A DNA stretch of 64,000 bases from an uncultured Chloroflexia bacterium (GTDB lineage: Bacteria; Chloroflexota; Anaerolineae; Anaerolineales; UBA4823). Made by a program: the position numbers and the translations under genes. How positions within the stretch are numbered: position 1 is the stretch's first letter; each line of letters starts with the position of its first letter. The stretch covers positions 398,709 to 462,708 of the forward strand of contig CAVRYZ010000008.1 of NCBI GenBank assembly GCA_963725685.1, in the 5' to 3' direction. Shown piece by piece: positions 37,837-47,148 of this stretch. The notes below the pieces were generated by a model, which was not told where the DNA came from, made no database searches, and saw only the letters and a program-made list of their open reading frames with translations.

Positions 37837-38991
37837 ATGCCATCCATTAATGACCCCACAATCGGCTCGAACGAGATAGTCCGCCCCACCCTGGTGGAGG
37901 TGGACTTGAAGCGCCTGGCGGACAACTTCAATGCTATCCGCCAGCACATCGGCTCTGCCGGGGTGATGCCCATCCTCAAGGCAAATGCGTACGGTCATGG
38001 CTTGCTGCGCGTGGCACAGCTGATGGAAGCCCTGGGCGCGGATTACATCGGGGTTGCCGTTTTGGAAGAGGGCATCCTGCTGCGCGAGAACGGCATCCGC
38101 ATGCCCATCCTGGTGCTGGGAGGTATCCTGGGCAATCAGGTGCCAGGATTCCTGAAGTACGACTTAACCATCACCGCTTCTTCCATCGAAAAACTATCCC
38201 AGGTGGATGAAATGGCCGCCCAGATGGGTGTTAAGGCGAAGGTTCACCTGAAGATTGACACGGGGATGGAACGGATTGGGGTGCATTATTACAATGCACC
38301 TGGTTTCCTGGAAGCCACCCTGAAATGCCGATCGATCAACTTTGAAGGCATCTATTCTCATTTTGCCAATGCCGACCTGCCTGATTTGCAGGATGCACGT
38401 TTACAGCTAGAGCGCTTCATGGAAGTCTTGTCCTTTTATGATCAGCATAGCCTGCCCCCTCCACCCTTGCGCCATATGGCAAATTCGCCTGCTATTTTGC
38501 GCCTGCCGGAAGCCAACTTTGATCTCGTCCGCCCAGGTTTGCTGCTGTATGGAGTTTATCCATCATTGCTGATTCCTCATTCCGTCAAGGTTTACCCGGC
38601 TTTGAGCTGGAGATCACGTGTGGTGTACTTCAAAGTTATCCTGCCCAACCACCCGGTGGGGTATGGCTCCAGCTGGCAAACGGATCATATGGTGCGGGCA
38701 GTGACTGCCCCGGTGGGTTATGGGGATGGCTATTTTCGCAGCATGTCGAATAAAGCCATGGTTCTGCTGCACGGTAAAAAATACCCCGTTGTGGGGCGGA
38801 TCTCCATGGACCAAATCGTGATCAATATCGAATGGGACAGCGCATATAACGATGATGAGGTCATCCTGATCGGCGAATCAGGCACCGAGTCCATCACCTG
38901 TGAAGACCTGGCAGTTTGGGCAGGCACCATCCCTTATGAAATCCTGACCAATATCAATACGCGTGTGCCGCGCATTTATAAGGGTGATTAA
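37837..38991 (+). CDS. alr: Alanine racemase
   Basis: 384 aa with the PLP-Lys motif PILKANAYGHG and C-terminal catalytic-Tyr-region segments. Confidence 0.9.
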   Translation: MPSINDPTIGSNEIVRPTLVEVDLKRLADNFNAIRQHIGSAGVMPILKANAYGHGLLRVAQLMEALGADYIGVAVLEEGILLRENGIRMPILVLGGILGNQVPGFLKYDLTITASSIEKLSQVDEMAAQMGVKAKVHLKIDTGMERIGVHYYNAPGFLEATLKCRSINFEGIYSHFANADLPDLQDARLQLERFMEVLSFYDQHSLPPPPLRHMANSPAILRLPEANFDLVRPGLLLYGVYPSLLIPHSVKVYPALSWRSRVVYFKVILPNHPVGYGSSWQTDHMVRAVTAPVGYGDGYFRSMSNKAMVLLHGKKYPVVGRISMDQIVINIEWDSAYNDDEVILIGESGTESITCEDLAVWAGTIPYEILTNINTRVPRIYKGD

Positions 38992-39047
38992 GTATCGAAT
39001 TTGGCAATTAAGACAATTTCTGCCAGCAGAATACTGAAAGTTCAGGT

Positions 39048-39926
39048 CTATGGGGGCGCAAAAGAAGGCTGCAATTTCTCGCTGGTAAGGATCACCAACC
39101 CGATAAAGATTAATCCAATCCCGACGACTGCCAGGGCAGATAAAGCCTCGTGCAGAAAGACCACCCCCAACAATCCAGCCGTCAGGGGCTCTCCCAGGGT
39201 GAGGCTGGCAGCAGTAGCCACGGGTACCAACCGCAACCCACGGGCGAATAATGTATAGGCGAAACCGGCAGTGATCACCCCAAGATGCAGGATGACCAGG
39301 TACCCGGCTGGCTGCGACAACCAACGGAGATCGGCAGTGACAAGCAGCGGAAGAACGAATAAAGCCCCCAGACAAAATGTCACTGCCATGACTGCCTCAG
39401 GCGCGTGATCGTCGAGCAACCCCTTGCTGACGGTGGTAAAAACTGCATACGACCCGCCGGCGCAGATGGCCAGGAAAATACCCAATAAATCGATATGAAT
39501 TTTTTCACCTGCGGTGATCAACAGCACACAGCCGATGATACCCAAAAAAGTCGCTATCACCCAACAGCGGCTGGGGCGTTCACCCCGGACAAGGAAGCCG
39601 ATTGGACCTGCCAGGATCGGTGTGCTGCCAATCCCAACGATGGTGCCTATGGCTACGCCGGTGCGCGCCACCCCGGCAAAGAAAAACATCTGATAGGCTG
39701 CCATGCTCAGCGCACCCAGTAAGGTCGGCCAAAAAGGCCAGCGTTTTCCATCACGCAGTGCACCCCGCCAGGCAGCAATACTCAATAACGTCAACCCCCC
39801 TAATGCAATCCGCAGGGTTCCGATGATGATGGGCTGCGCACCGGTTGGAGCTAAGGTCTGGGCAGTACCATTGGTGCCCCACAAGCATGCCGCCAGCAGA
39901 ACGAGCCAATAGCCACGCGATTTCAT
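39048..39926 (-). CDS. EamA/DMT family transporter
   Basis: 292 aa and about 10 TM helices. The start MKSRGYWLVLLAACLWGTNGTA is typical of EamA-domain proteins. Confidence 0.8.
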   Translation of the reverse strand: MKSRGYWLVLLAACLWGTNGTAQTLAPTGAQPIIIGTLRIALGGLTLLSIAAWRGALRDGKRWPFWPTLLGALSMAAYQMFFFAGVARTGVAIGTIVGIGSTPILAGPIGFLVRGERPSRCWVIATFLGIIGCVLLITAGEKIHIDLLGIFLAICAGGSYAVFTTVSKGLLDDHAPEAVMAVTFCLGALFVLPLLVTADLRWLSQPAGYLVILHLGVITAGFAYTLFARGLRLVPVATAASLTLGEPLTAGLLGVVFLHEALSALAVVGIGLIFIGLVILTSEKLQPSFAPP

Positions 39927-39975
39927 CGGTATGCCATGAATTTCATATCTTTATTTTTCGCGAGATCGATGGTTA

Positions 39976-40308
39976 TCATTTCTCGGGCAGGGTAGAGGCA
40001 TATGCAACACCCATCTCAACCCAAGACTGCAAATCTATATCAGCTGCTACACCTTCAGGCGCCACCAAAATCCATCCTGCCATCGGTTTTCCGGGCATCA
40101 CCATGAATGGCCGCATGTAGGCCCGCCTCAGGGCGGAGGCATTGTTTTCAGCGCCCACTCGCACAATTAAGTCATCCCCTTGTACGCCACAAACCATATT
40201 TCCACGCTGCATAAACCCGACTCCGCCGAACATTTTCTTTTCGACAATCTCTGGGTGCACTTCCAGCACGATGCGGATGCGTTGAGTGAGATTTTGGTCG
40301 TATGGCAT
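39976..40308 (-). CDS. TfoX N-terminal domain-containing protein
   Basis: 110 aa. KKMFGGVGFMQRGNMVCGV is the pattern I associate with the TfoX/Sxy N-terminal domain. Confidence 0.6.
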   Translation of the reverse strand: MPYDQNLTQRIRIVLEVHPEIVEKKMFGGVGFMQRGNMVCGVQGDDLIVRVGAENNASALRRAYMRPFMVMPGKPMAGWILVAPEGVAADIDLQSWVEMGVAYASTLPEK

Positions 40309-40390
40309 GAGTTCCTCCGTTCAGTCAAAGGGATGCGGAGAATTCTACCCTAAATTTTCACTCTCTTTACATTTTTCTCACTTGTGCGTT

Positions 40391-40437
40391 AAAAAAAACT
40401 GGCAGGTCCAGGATCAATGATTCAAGATCTGCCAGTC
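40391..40437 (-). terminator. Rho-independent terminator at the end of the flx/hdr-like cluster
   Basis: The reverse strand reads CTGGCAG-(23 nt)-CTGCCAG followed by TTTTTTTT, 18 nt after the stop at 40455. Confidence 0.6.
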
Positions 40438-40454
40438 AGACTCGTATAAAATAT

Positions 40455-41306
40455 TTACAGGAAGCTCTCCAGCAAGGAACCTACTTCCGCCATGGTGAAT
40501 ACAGGTCCGTCCACACAGATCAGCTTGGTGCCAAGGTTGCAGCGCCCGCACTTGCCAATCCCACAGTGCATACGCGCTTCCAGCGTGACGTAATTCTGTT
40601 CAGGCAGGAAGTTAAGCTTTTCCACCAGCACGCGATTGACAAAGTGGATCATGATGGGCGGCCCGCAGGTGATGGTGATCGCATTGCGTGGCGAGGGAGC
40701 CACTTTTTCCAGCAGCTGGGTGATCAGACCCACACTGTGGCTCCAGGTTTCGTCAGCCTGATCAACGGTCAGGTGCAGCTCTGTGTCTGGAGTTGCGCGC
40801 CATTCATCATATTCATCCGTGAAGACCAGCATGGATGGGTTCCTGGCTGCCCAGAGAATTTGAAAATACCCATAATCCCTACGGTTGGCCATCACCGACT
40901 GGATCACCGGGCGCAGGGGGGCACCTCCGATGCCTCCCCCGATCACGATCAGGTTCTTTCCCTTAAACTTATCCATGGGGAAGCCATTTCCCATGGGGCC
41001 GCGAACTCCCACCATGTCTCCCACGCCCAGCTCATGCAGGTCGGTGGTGACTGAACCCAGGCGGTTGATGGCGAAATCGATCGTGGCATCCCCATTCTGT
41101 GGGATATTGGCGATCCCAAATGGGGCTTCACCCACTCCGAAGGCTGAGACGAAAGCAAATTGCCCTGGTTTATAGTCTTGGAAGGCCTTGCCACCGCCAT
41201 TAAGCATCTCGACTCGAAAGAGCTTGATCTCTGTGGCGATATCTTTAACCTCGATGAGTTTTCCGAGGTAAGGCAGCATGGGGTTGGTTTCCAGTTTGTC
41301 TGTCAT
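40455..41306 (-). CDS. FAD/NAD(P)-binding ferredoxin-reductase-type subunit with a C-terminal [2Fe-2S] motif (HydG/AsrB/FlxA-like)
   Basis: 283 aa with a PyrK/sulfhydrogenase-gamma-like fold. Motifs are RLGSVT, LIVIGGGIGGAPL and the C-terminal CGIGKCGRC. Confidence 0.8.
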   Translation of the reverse strand: MTDKLETNPMLPYLGKLIEVKDIATEIKLFRVEMLNGGGKAFQDYKPGQFAFVSAFGVGEAPFGIANIPQNGDATIDFAINRLGSVTTDLHELGVGDMVGVRGPMGNGFPMDKFKGKNLIVIGGGIGGAPLRPVIQSVMANRRDYGYFQILWAARNPSMLVFTDEYDEWRATPDTELHLTVDQADETWSHSVGLITQLLEKVAPSPRNAITITCGPPIMIHFVNRVLVEKLNFLPEQNYVTLEARMHCGIGKCGRCNLGTKLICVDGPVFTMAEVGSLLESFL

Positions 41307-41309
41307 CGG

Positions 41310-42311
41310 TTACCTCCTGCCAACATACCCCAATACTTCGGTGATATCCACATTCACCGGGCAGGCATCGATACAACGTCCGCAGCCTGTACATGATACC
41401 GGACCGTAATGGATGGGGAAATAATAGAACTTGCAGAAGAAACGGTTGCGCAGGCGCTGATTCTTCATAAATCGGGGGTTGTGCCCACCTGCCACCCGCC
41501 GGTATGGGATGCCGTTGCACGAATCCCAGCAGCGGATGCGCTCGGATTGATTTTGCCCATTGCCCCCCGCTAGAACCTCGTCGCGTACATCGAAACAACG
41601 GCAGCTGGGGCAAACATAGGCACAGATCCGGCAGCTCAAACAGCGCTCGGCCATCTCAGCCCAAAAGTCATCATTAAACCTGGCTGGCCATACTTCCTTG
41701 GGAGGAACTTTTAGCTCACGTTTTCTGGCATGGGTGGGATGAGGCCGAATCTCAGACAGTCCATCGAAAATGGGAAACTTCTTGCTGATATTCTCGCCCT
41801 TCTCGGTGATGATCTCTGCCACATAACCGCCGTTGGAGGCAGTTAGCATGATATCCATTCCGGTGGGGTCATCCGGAGAGCCACCCACATTGGTACAAAA
41901 GCAGCTGGCACCCATGGATGGGCATGCCAAACCGATGAGGGTGGTGTTCTCTCGACGGCGCGCATAGTATGGATCCACAGGTTCATTCTCAATGAACAGC
42001 GCGTCCAGGGTGAGCAATCCCCTGGCATCACAAGGGCGGACGCCAAAAATAATCGATTTACCCTCTGGGATGGTTTCAGTTAACTTCACCTGCCCGGCAA
42101 GTTTTTCAATCAGCATCAGGCGCTCGGTAGGTGGGAAGAAAACTTCCTTAACTGACATGAATGAACGTACAAAGTCCCATACCACCTCATGCGTATCAGC
42201 CACCGGGCGGTAAAGGATGTTGCCGGCAATGTCCAATGGGGCGATCAGGGTTTGATCATGCGCCAGGCGGTCAAGCCAGGCCGCCAGCTCCTGGTGAGTC
42301 AGGTAGTTCAT
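41310..42311 (-). CDS. 4Fe-4S dicluster subunit (sulfhydrogenase beta/AsrA/FlxB-like)
   Basis: I trimmed the start to ATG 42311 (MNYLTHQELAAWL), which overlaps the upstream stop as ATGA. Motifs are FGVRPCDARG, CFCTNVGG, CLSCRICAYVCPSCRC and CTGCGRCIDACP. Confidence 0.75.
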   Translation of the reverse strand: MNYLTHQELAAWLDRLAHDQTLIAPLDIAGNILYRPVADTHEVVWDFVRSFMSVKEVFFPPTERLMLIEKLAGQVKLTETIPEGKSIIFGVRPCDARGLLTLDALFIENEPVDPYYARRRENTTLIGLACPSMGASCFCTNVGGSPDDPTGMDIMLTASNGGYVAEIITEKGENISKKFPIFDGLSEIRPHPTHARKRELKVPPKEVWPARFNDDFWAEMAERCLSCRICAYVCPSCRCFDVRDEVLAGGNGQNQSERIRCWDSCNGIPYRRVAGGHNPRFMKNQRLRNRFFCKFYYFPIHYGPVSCTGCGRCIDACPVNVDITEVLGYVGRR

Positions 42312-43726
42312 GGCAGGTTCTCCTCTCCGCCCAGGATGGTCACAAAGGGTGGCGGTACGGCTGCCATCCCGGCCTGGTAGCTGAAAATAGACTCCATCTC
42401 CTGCGCCATCTTGCGGTGGATCAGGCTGAGGGGGAGGTCCATCGGGCAGGCGCGTTCGCACTCATTACAGCCCACACAGCGCCCTGCCAGGTGGTATGCT
42501 CTCCCCAGGTGGAAGGCACGCTTTTCATCCACATCAATTCCCATGCCCACCCAGAGTGAATCGTCGCGCTCATACAGGCAGATGGGGCAATCACACATCG
42601 GGCATGCCTGCCGGCAGGCGTAGCAACGAATGCAGCGGTCGAACTGGCTGAGCCAGAAGTTCATCCTTTCAACAGGTGTGAGGGCATTCAGGCGTTCGAT
42701 CCCGGGGTAAACATGCTCGGGGGGGATTTCGCGATAAGTCGTTTCAGGGTCTCCAATGAGCGTATCGTATACCACCGGTGTACGCACGTTACAGGCTGCG
42801 CAGCGCGTCTGGATCGCTCCACTTTTATCGTTATTGAACCCCGCTCCCTGCCGGATGCCATCGCAGGCCATGCCAATCACATACACCTGCTCACGTAAGA
42901 ACCGATTCTCAGCCAGCAGGACGTTTATGGAACGGCTGTCGCATGGTTTTACTACTACGGCTGCTTTGGGTATGCTATCAGGCTTCTTTTTCTTTCCGCC
43001 ATCCGTTCCCCAGCCCAGTTTTTTACTCAAGTAAGCAGTCAGGTTATGGGTGCAGTCCTTGTTCCAGACCAGGCGTTCAACATTTTCGGGCTGGTGGATA
43101 AATGCGGGGCGTGTCCGTCCCCTGGGCCCCACTTCATAACCGATCACACTCTCCACCTGTTTGTTGGCCAGTAAATCTCGGGCGGCTGATCGCAAAGCCT
43201 CGGTTTGCTGTTCGTGAACGGGTGTGTTATAAACGGCATGCTTGGGCTGTTCATCATTAAAAGCTGAATAACGGTGGCTGATAGGTTCCTGTTCCCACAC
43301 AAAATGCGCCTGGCGCTCGGAAACTTTCCAATGGATAGGTCCGAGAGCACGCACAGTATCGGTAAAATCAGTGGTGATGTGCGAGTAACGCTCCCCTTCC
43401 GAAGCAGACACCCAATCAAGCCGGATGCGTTCAGGTTCAAGGCCGGCATAGGCCAGCAAGGCGCGCAAGATAGGCAGACGCTTGGCTGCCCGGTGGTTGC
43501 CGGTATTGTAATGGCACTCGCCGATATGGCAACCCAATACCAGCACACCGTCCGCCCCCTGCTCGAAGGTGCGCATGATCAGCTCGGGTGAAACCCGCCC
43601 TGAGCATGGCACACGGATGTCGCGGATATTAGCCGGAGATTTCAAGCGGGCGATGCCAGCGGTATCGGCACCGGTGTAACTGCACCAGGTGCACAGATAA
43701 GCAATGATCTTGGGTTCAAATGGCAT
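42308..43726 (-). CDS. MvhD-like (hydrogenase delta/FlxD-like) domain fused to an Fe-S cluster domain
   Basis: 472 aa. The N-terminal roughly 135 aa read IIAYLCTWCSYTGADTAG...VPCSGRV...GADGVLVLGCHIGECHY, an MvhD pattern. The C-terminal part has CIRCYACRQACPMCDC and CVGCNECERACP clusters. A strong Shine-Dalgarno (TAGGAGGTGG) is present. Confidence 0.8.
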   Translation of the reverse strand: MPFEPKIIAYLCTWCSYTGADTAGIARLKSPANIRDIRVPCSGRVSPELIMRTFEQGADGVLVLGCHIGECHYNTGNHRAAKRLPILRALLAYAGLEPERIRLDWVSASEGERYSHITTDFTDTVRALGPIHWKVSERQAHFVWEQEPISHRYSAFNDEQPKHAVYNTPVHEQQTEALRSAARDLLANKQVESVIGYEVGPRGRTRPAFIHQPENVERLVWNKDCTHNLTAYLSKKLGWGTDGGKKKKPDSIPKAAVVVKPCDSRSINVLLAENRFLREQVYVIGMACDGIRQGAGFNNDKSGAIQTRCAACNVRTPVVYDTLIGDPETTYREIPPEHVYPGIERLNALTPVERMNFWLSQFDRCIRCYACRQACPMCDCPICLYERDDSLWVGMGIDVDEKRAFHLGRAYHLAGRCVGCNECERACPMDLPLSLIHRKMAQEMESIFSYQAGMAAVPPPFVTILGGEENLP

Positions 43727-43737
43727 GCCACCACCTC

Positions 43738-46700
43738 CTATGGGTTCAGGATCCCGGGAACAACCGGTTCAGCCGCCAATGCCCCGATCATCTCATTGAC
43801 GATTTGTTGATCATCGAAATGAATGAGGGTAATGGCTTTATCACGGCAGGTTGAGGCGCAGGTACCGCAACCTTTACACAGGTATGTATTGACTGAAGCC
43901 ACGCTTTCTTTCAGTTCGATGGCGCTGTATGGGCAGGCATTGACACACAAGCCACAGCCGGCACAACGCTGCAGGTTCACTGAGGCAACCGATGGATCCA
44001 GGGCAATCGTACCCTGATCGAGCAGAGACAGGGCGGCGGCGGCTGCGCCACCTGCCTGAGCCACGCTGTCTGGGATATCCTTCGGGCTCTGGCAGGCGCC
44101 AGCGACATAAATGCCCTCGGTGGTAGTTTCCACAGGAGCTAGCTTGGGATGTTTCTCGAGGAAGAACCCATCCGGGCTGCGGCTGATCCCGAATATGTGA
44201 GCCACCTGGGCAGCATCCGCCTGCGCCTCCAGACCTGTGGATAGGATAACCATATCCACTTCGACGTGGTCCGGCTGACCATGAAAGGCTTCGTCCCATT
44301 TCACAACGAGATGCCCATCCTGAGCCTGGATACTTCTGACATGCCCGTGGTAGAAATTAACCCCTCTTGCACGGGTGCGGTTATAAAACTCTTCGTAGTC
44401 TTTACCGAAGGAGCGCATATCGCGGTAGATTTCATGTACTTCAGCGCCCACATATTCGTGCACCAGCTGCGCCAGTTTGAGAGAGTACATGCAGCATGCC
44501 CGTGAACAATACTCGTTATATTTGTCGTCCCGGCTGCCCACACAGTGCACAATAGCAACCCGCCTGGGTGGCTGGCCATTTTTAAGGGTGACCCTTCCAA
44601 GGGTCGGTCCACCAATATTGATCAGACGCTCAAATTCCATCGAGCTAAGCACATTATCCAGCTGACCATACCCCAGCTCAGGAATGCGGGATGGGTCAAA
44701 ATCTTTGAAACCTGTTGCCAGCACGATTGTGCCTACCTTGAGATCCAGATAGCTATCCTTCATATCATGGTTGATGGCACCGCGTTCACACGCAGACAGG
44801 CATTCCAGGCATTCGGAACAGATACCACAACGCAAACAGCGCTCGGCTTCGGTAATTGCCTCTTCTTCTGTAAATGCCAGATCGACTTCATTGAAGTTGT
44901 TTTCCCGCGCTTTCGCTGGAATGGTGCGGGTCTTGGTACGGGCATTGTCCGTTGCCCAGCCAATTTCCATCTTTTCCGCCACTTCTTCCTTGGTAAAAGT
45001 GGCGATGGGCAGCTTGGGTGGTTCCTGAACTCCTTCAACCCCACGCAGGAAGCGATCGATGCACCTAGCCACATGATGACCTTCTCCGATGGCGTCCACG
45101 ACGAAGAATGTGGTCCCGCGGCGAACGTCACCTGCCACGAACACACCTGGCATGCTGGACATCATTTCATCATCGGTTTCGATACCCATTGAGCTGAGCT
45201 TGCGGATGCGAGTATCGGCAGGCAGGAATGTGAAATCTGGCTGCTGACCGACGGCCCAAATGACCAGGTCACATGGAATTACATGTTCAGTGCCGGGGAT
45301 TTCTTCCACCTGGCGTTTGCCATTGACGATCGCGCCGACCTTGGCTTCCACGCAACGAATCCCAACGATTTGATTTAACTGGATGACAACCTCTTTGAAC
45401 ACCCGGTTGCGGATGATTTCAACCCCCTCTTTGACAGCCTCATCCATCTCGTTGAATGACGCGCGCATACCACGACACACAATTTTCACCTTGGGGCTGC
45501 CCAGTCGAATGGACACGCGGGCAGCATCGAGGGCCACGTCTCCAGCCCCGATCACTGCGATTTCGCGACCACTCAAGTTGAGCTTTTCTCCCAGGCAAGC
45601 CCGGCGAAGCAGGTCAAGGCTGAGCCAGTTATCGGGATGCTCTGTTCCCGGAATGCTCAGCTTCCAGGCACTATGAGCACCTGTGGCAATAATCACCGCT
45701 TCATAACCCTGGTCAAACAGCCCGGGGATATCGTCCACGCGCGTGCTCAGGCGCATTTCCACGCCTTCATCGACAATTTGCTGAATCTCCCAATCCAGGC
45801 GGTCATAGGGCAGGCGGTGAGGTGGAATTCCGACCCGCATCATGCCCCCGGCAATGGGAAGAGAGTCAAAAACTGTGGCACTGTAACCGAAGCGCACCAG
45901 ATCCAAAGCTGCGGTCATGCCAGCCGGACCAGCCCCGATGATGGCTACTTTCTTACCGGTGGGGATGGGAGCGTGTGAAAATGGAGTGCCCACCAGTGAT
46001 TTATCGCGCATGTTGGGCAGCTCGTCACGGTGAGCAAAAGCCCAATCGGCGACGAACCACTTCAACTTCATGATGCTGACGGGTTCATCATATAACCCCC
46101 GACTGCATTGTTCCTCACAGCGACGGTTGCACACCCGCCCGCAAACCGAGGGGAATGGATGCTCGCGCCGGATAGCCCAATAGGCATCGGCATATCGCTT
46201 TTGCTTGATCAGGGCGATATATCCCTGGGCACGCTGGTCGGTGGGGCAGGCAGCCCGGCAGGGTGCGATGCCACGTTTTTCGATTACATATGCCCCGGGA
46301 ACTGACTGAGCTGAATTGCGGTAGATGGCTTTGCGGGTGCTTAACCCCCGGTCAAAGGTGTTAATCACATCCACCGGGCAGACGTCGGCGCACTTTCCGC
46401 AACCTGTGCATTGCGATTCATCCACAAAACGGGCCTTCCTGCGTACTCGCACCTGGTAATTGCCAACATACCCGGATACATTCTCAACTTCACTGTAGGT
46501 GAGCAGGCTGATGTTTTCGTGACGTCCAACGGACGTCGTTTTGGGGGTAAGTATTCAAGCCGCACAGTCTAGCGTGGGAAAGGTCTTGTAGAGCTGGGCC
46601 ATATGCCCGCCGATACTTGGCTCACGCTCCACCATATAGACCTTCTTGCCTGCATCTGCCAGGCGCAGGGCAGCCTCGATCCCGGCAATACCGCCGCCCA

Positions 46701-47148
46701 GCACTAATGCTGATTGTTCCATATCAACCGTGCGCATGTTCAGCGGGCGGTGATGGTGCACCCGGCTGACCGCTGCGCTGACCATGTGTTTGGCTTTTTC
46801 GGTTGCCAGGGCAGGATCGTCCACCACCCATGAGCAGTGCTCACGAATGTTGGCCATCTGGAAGAAGAATGGATTCAACCCACCTTCTTTACAAGCCCTG
46901 CGAAAGGTAGGCTCATGCATCAATGGCGTGCATGAGGCCACTACCACGCGGTTCAATCCCTGCTCGCGGATATCCTGCTTGATCAAGTCTTGACCAGGGT
47001 CGGAGCACATATAGGTGTAATCGCGTGCCAGAACAACATTTTCCAAATTTCGGGCATACTCCACCACGGCAGTTACATCCACCTTGGCAGCGATATTGGT
47101 ACCGCAGTGACATATGTAGACCCCGGTCTTTATTTTGGAGAGGTTCAT
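43738..47148 (-). CDS. hdrA: HdrA-like flavoprotein (1136 codons) with an in-frame TGA (candidate Sec198) and an inserted NfnB/GltD-like NAD(P)H-binding module
   Basis: Track ORFs 46555..47148 and 43738..46452 share one frame (102-nt gap, no other stop). The read-through is ...KTFPTLDCAA-TGA(46557..46555)-ILTPKTTSVGRHENISLLTYSEVENVSGYVGNYQVRVRRKARFVDESQCTGCGKC.... The insert at about 45040-46272 carries the GltD-type Cys motifs and two dinucleotide loops (IIGAGPAGMTAA, VIGAGDVALDAA). Confidence 0.8.
46521..46537 (-). promoter_or_regulatory. Candidate SECIS-like hairpin downstream of the HdrA(1136) TGA
   Basis: The reverse strand reads GACGUCC-guu-GGACGUC. The perfect 7-bp stem starts 18 nt after the UGA, with a GUU apical loop. 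Confidence 0.5.

Noticed and set aside
42312-42461. N-terminal 50-aa extension of the FlxB-like ORF (MRTRLPDGPPPQPDPP...).
   Set aside because: It is Pro/Gly-rich, low complexity, and overlaps the MvhD-fusion gene. The ATG at 42311 forms an ATGA overlap with the upstream stop, which is typical coupling.
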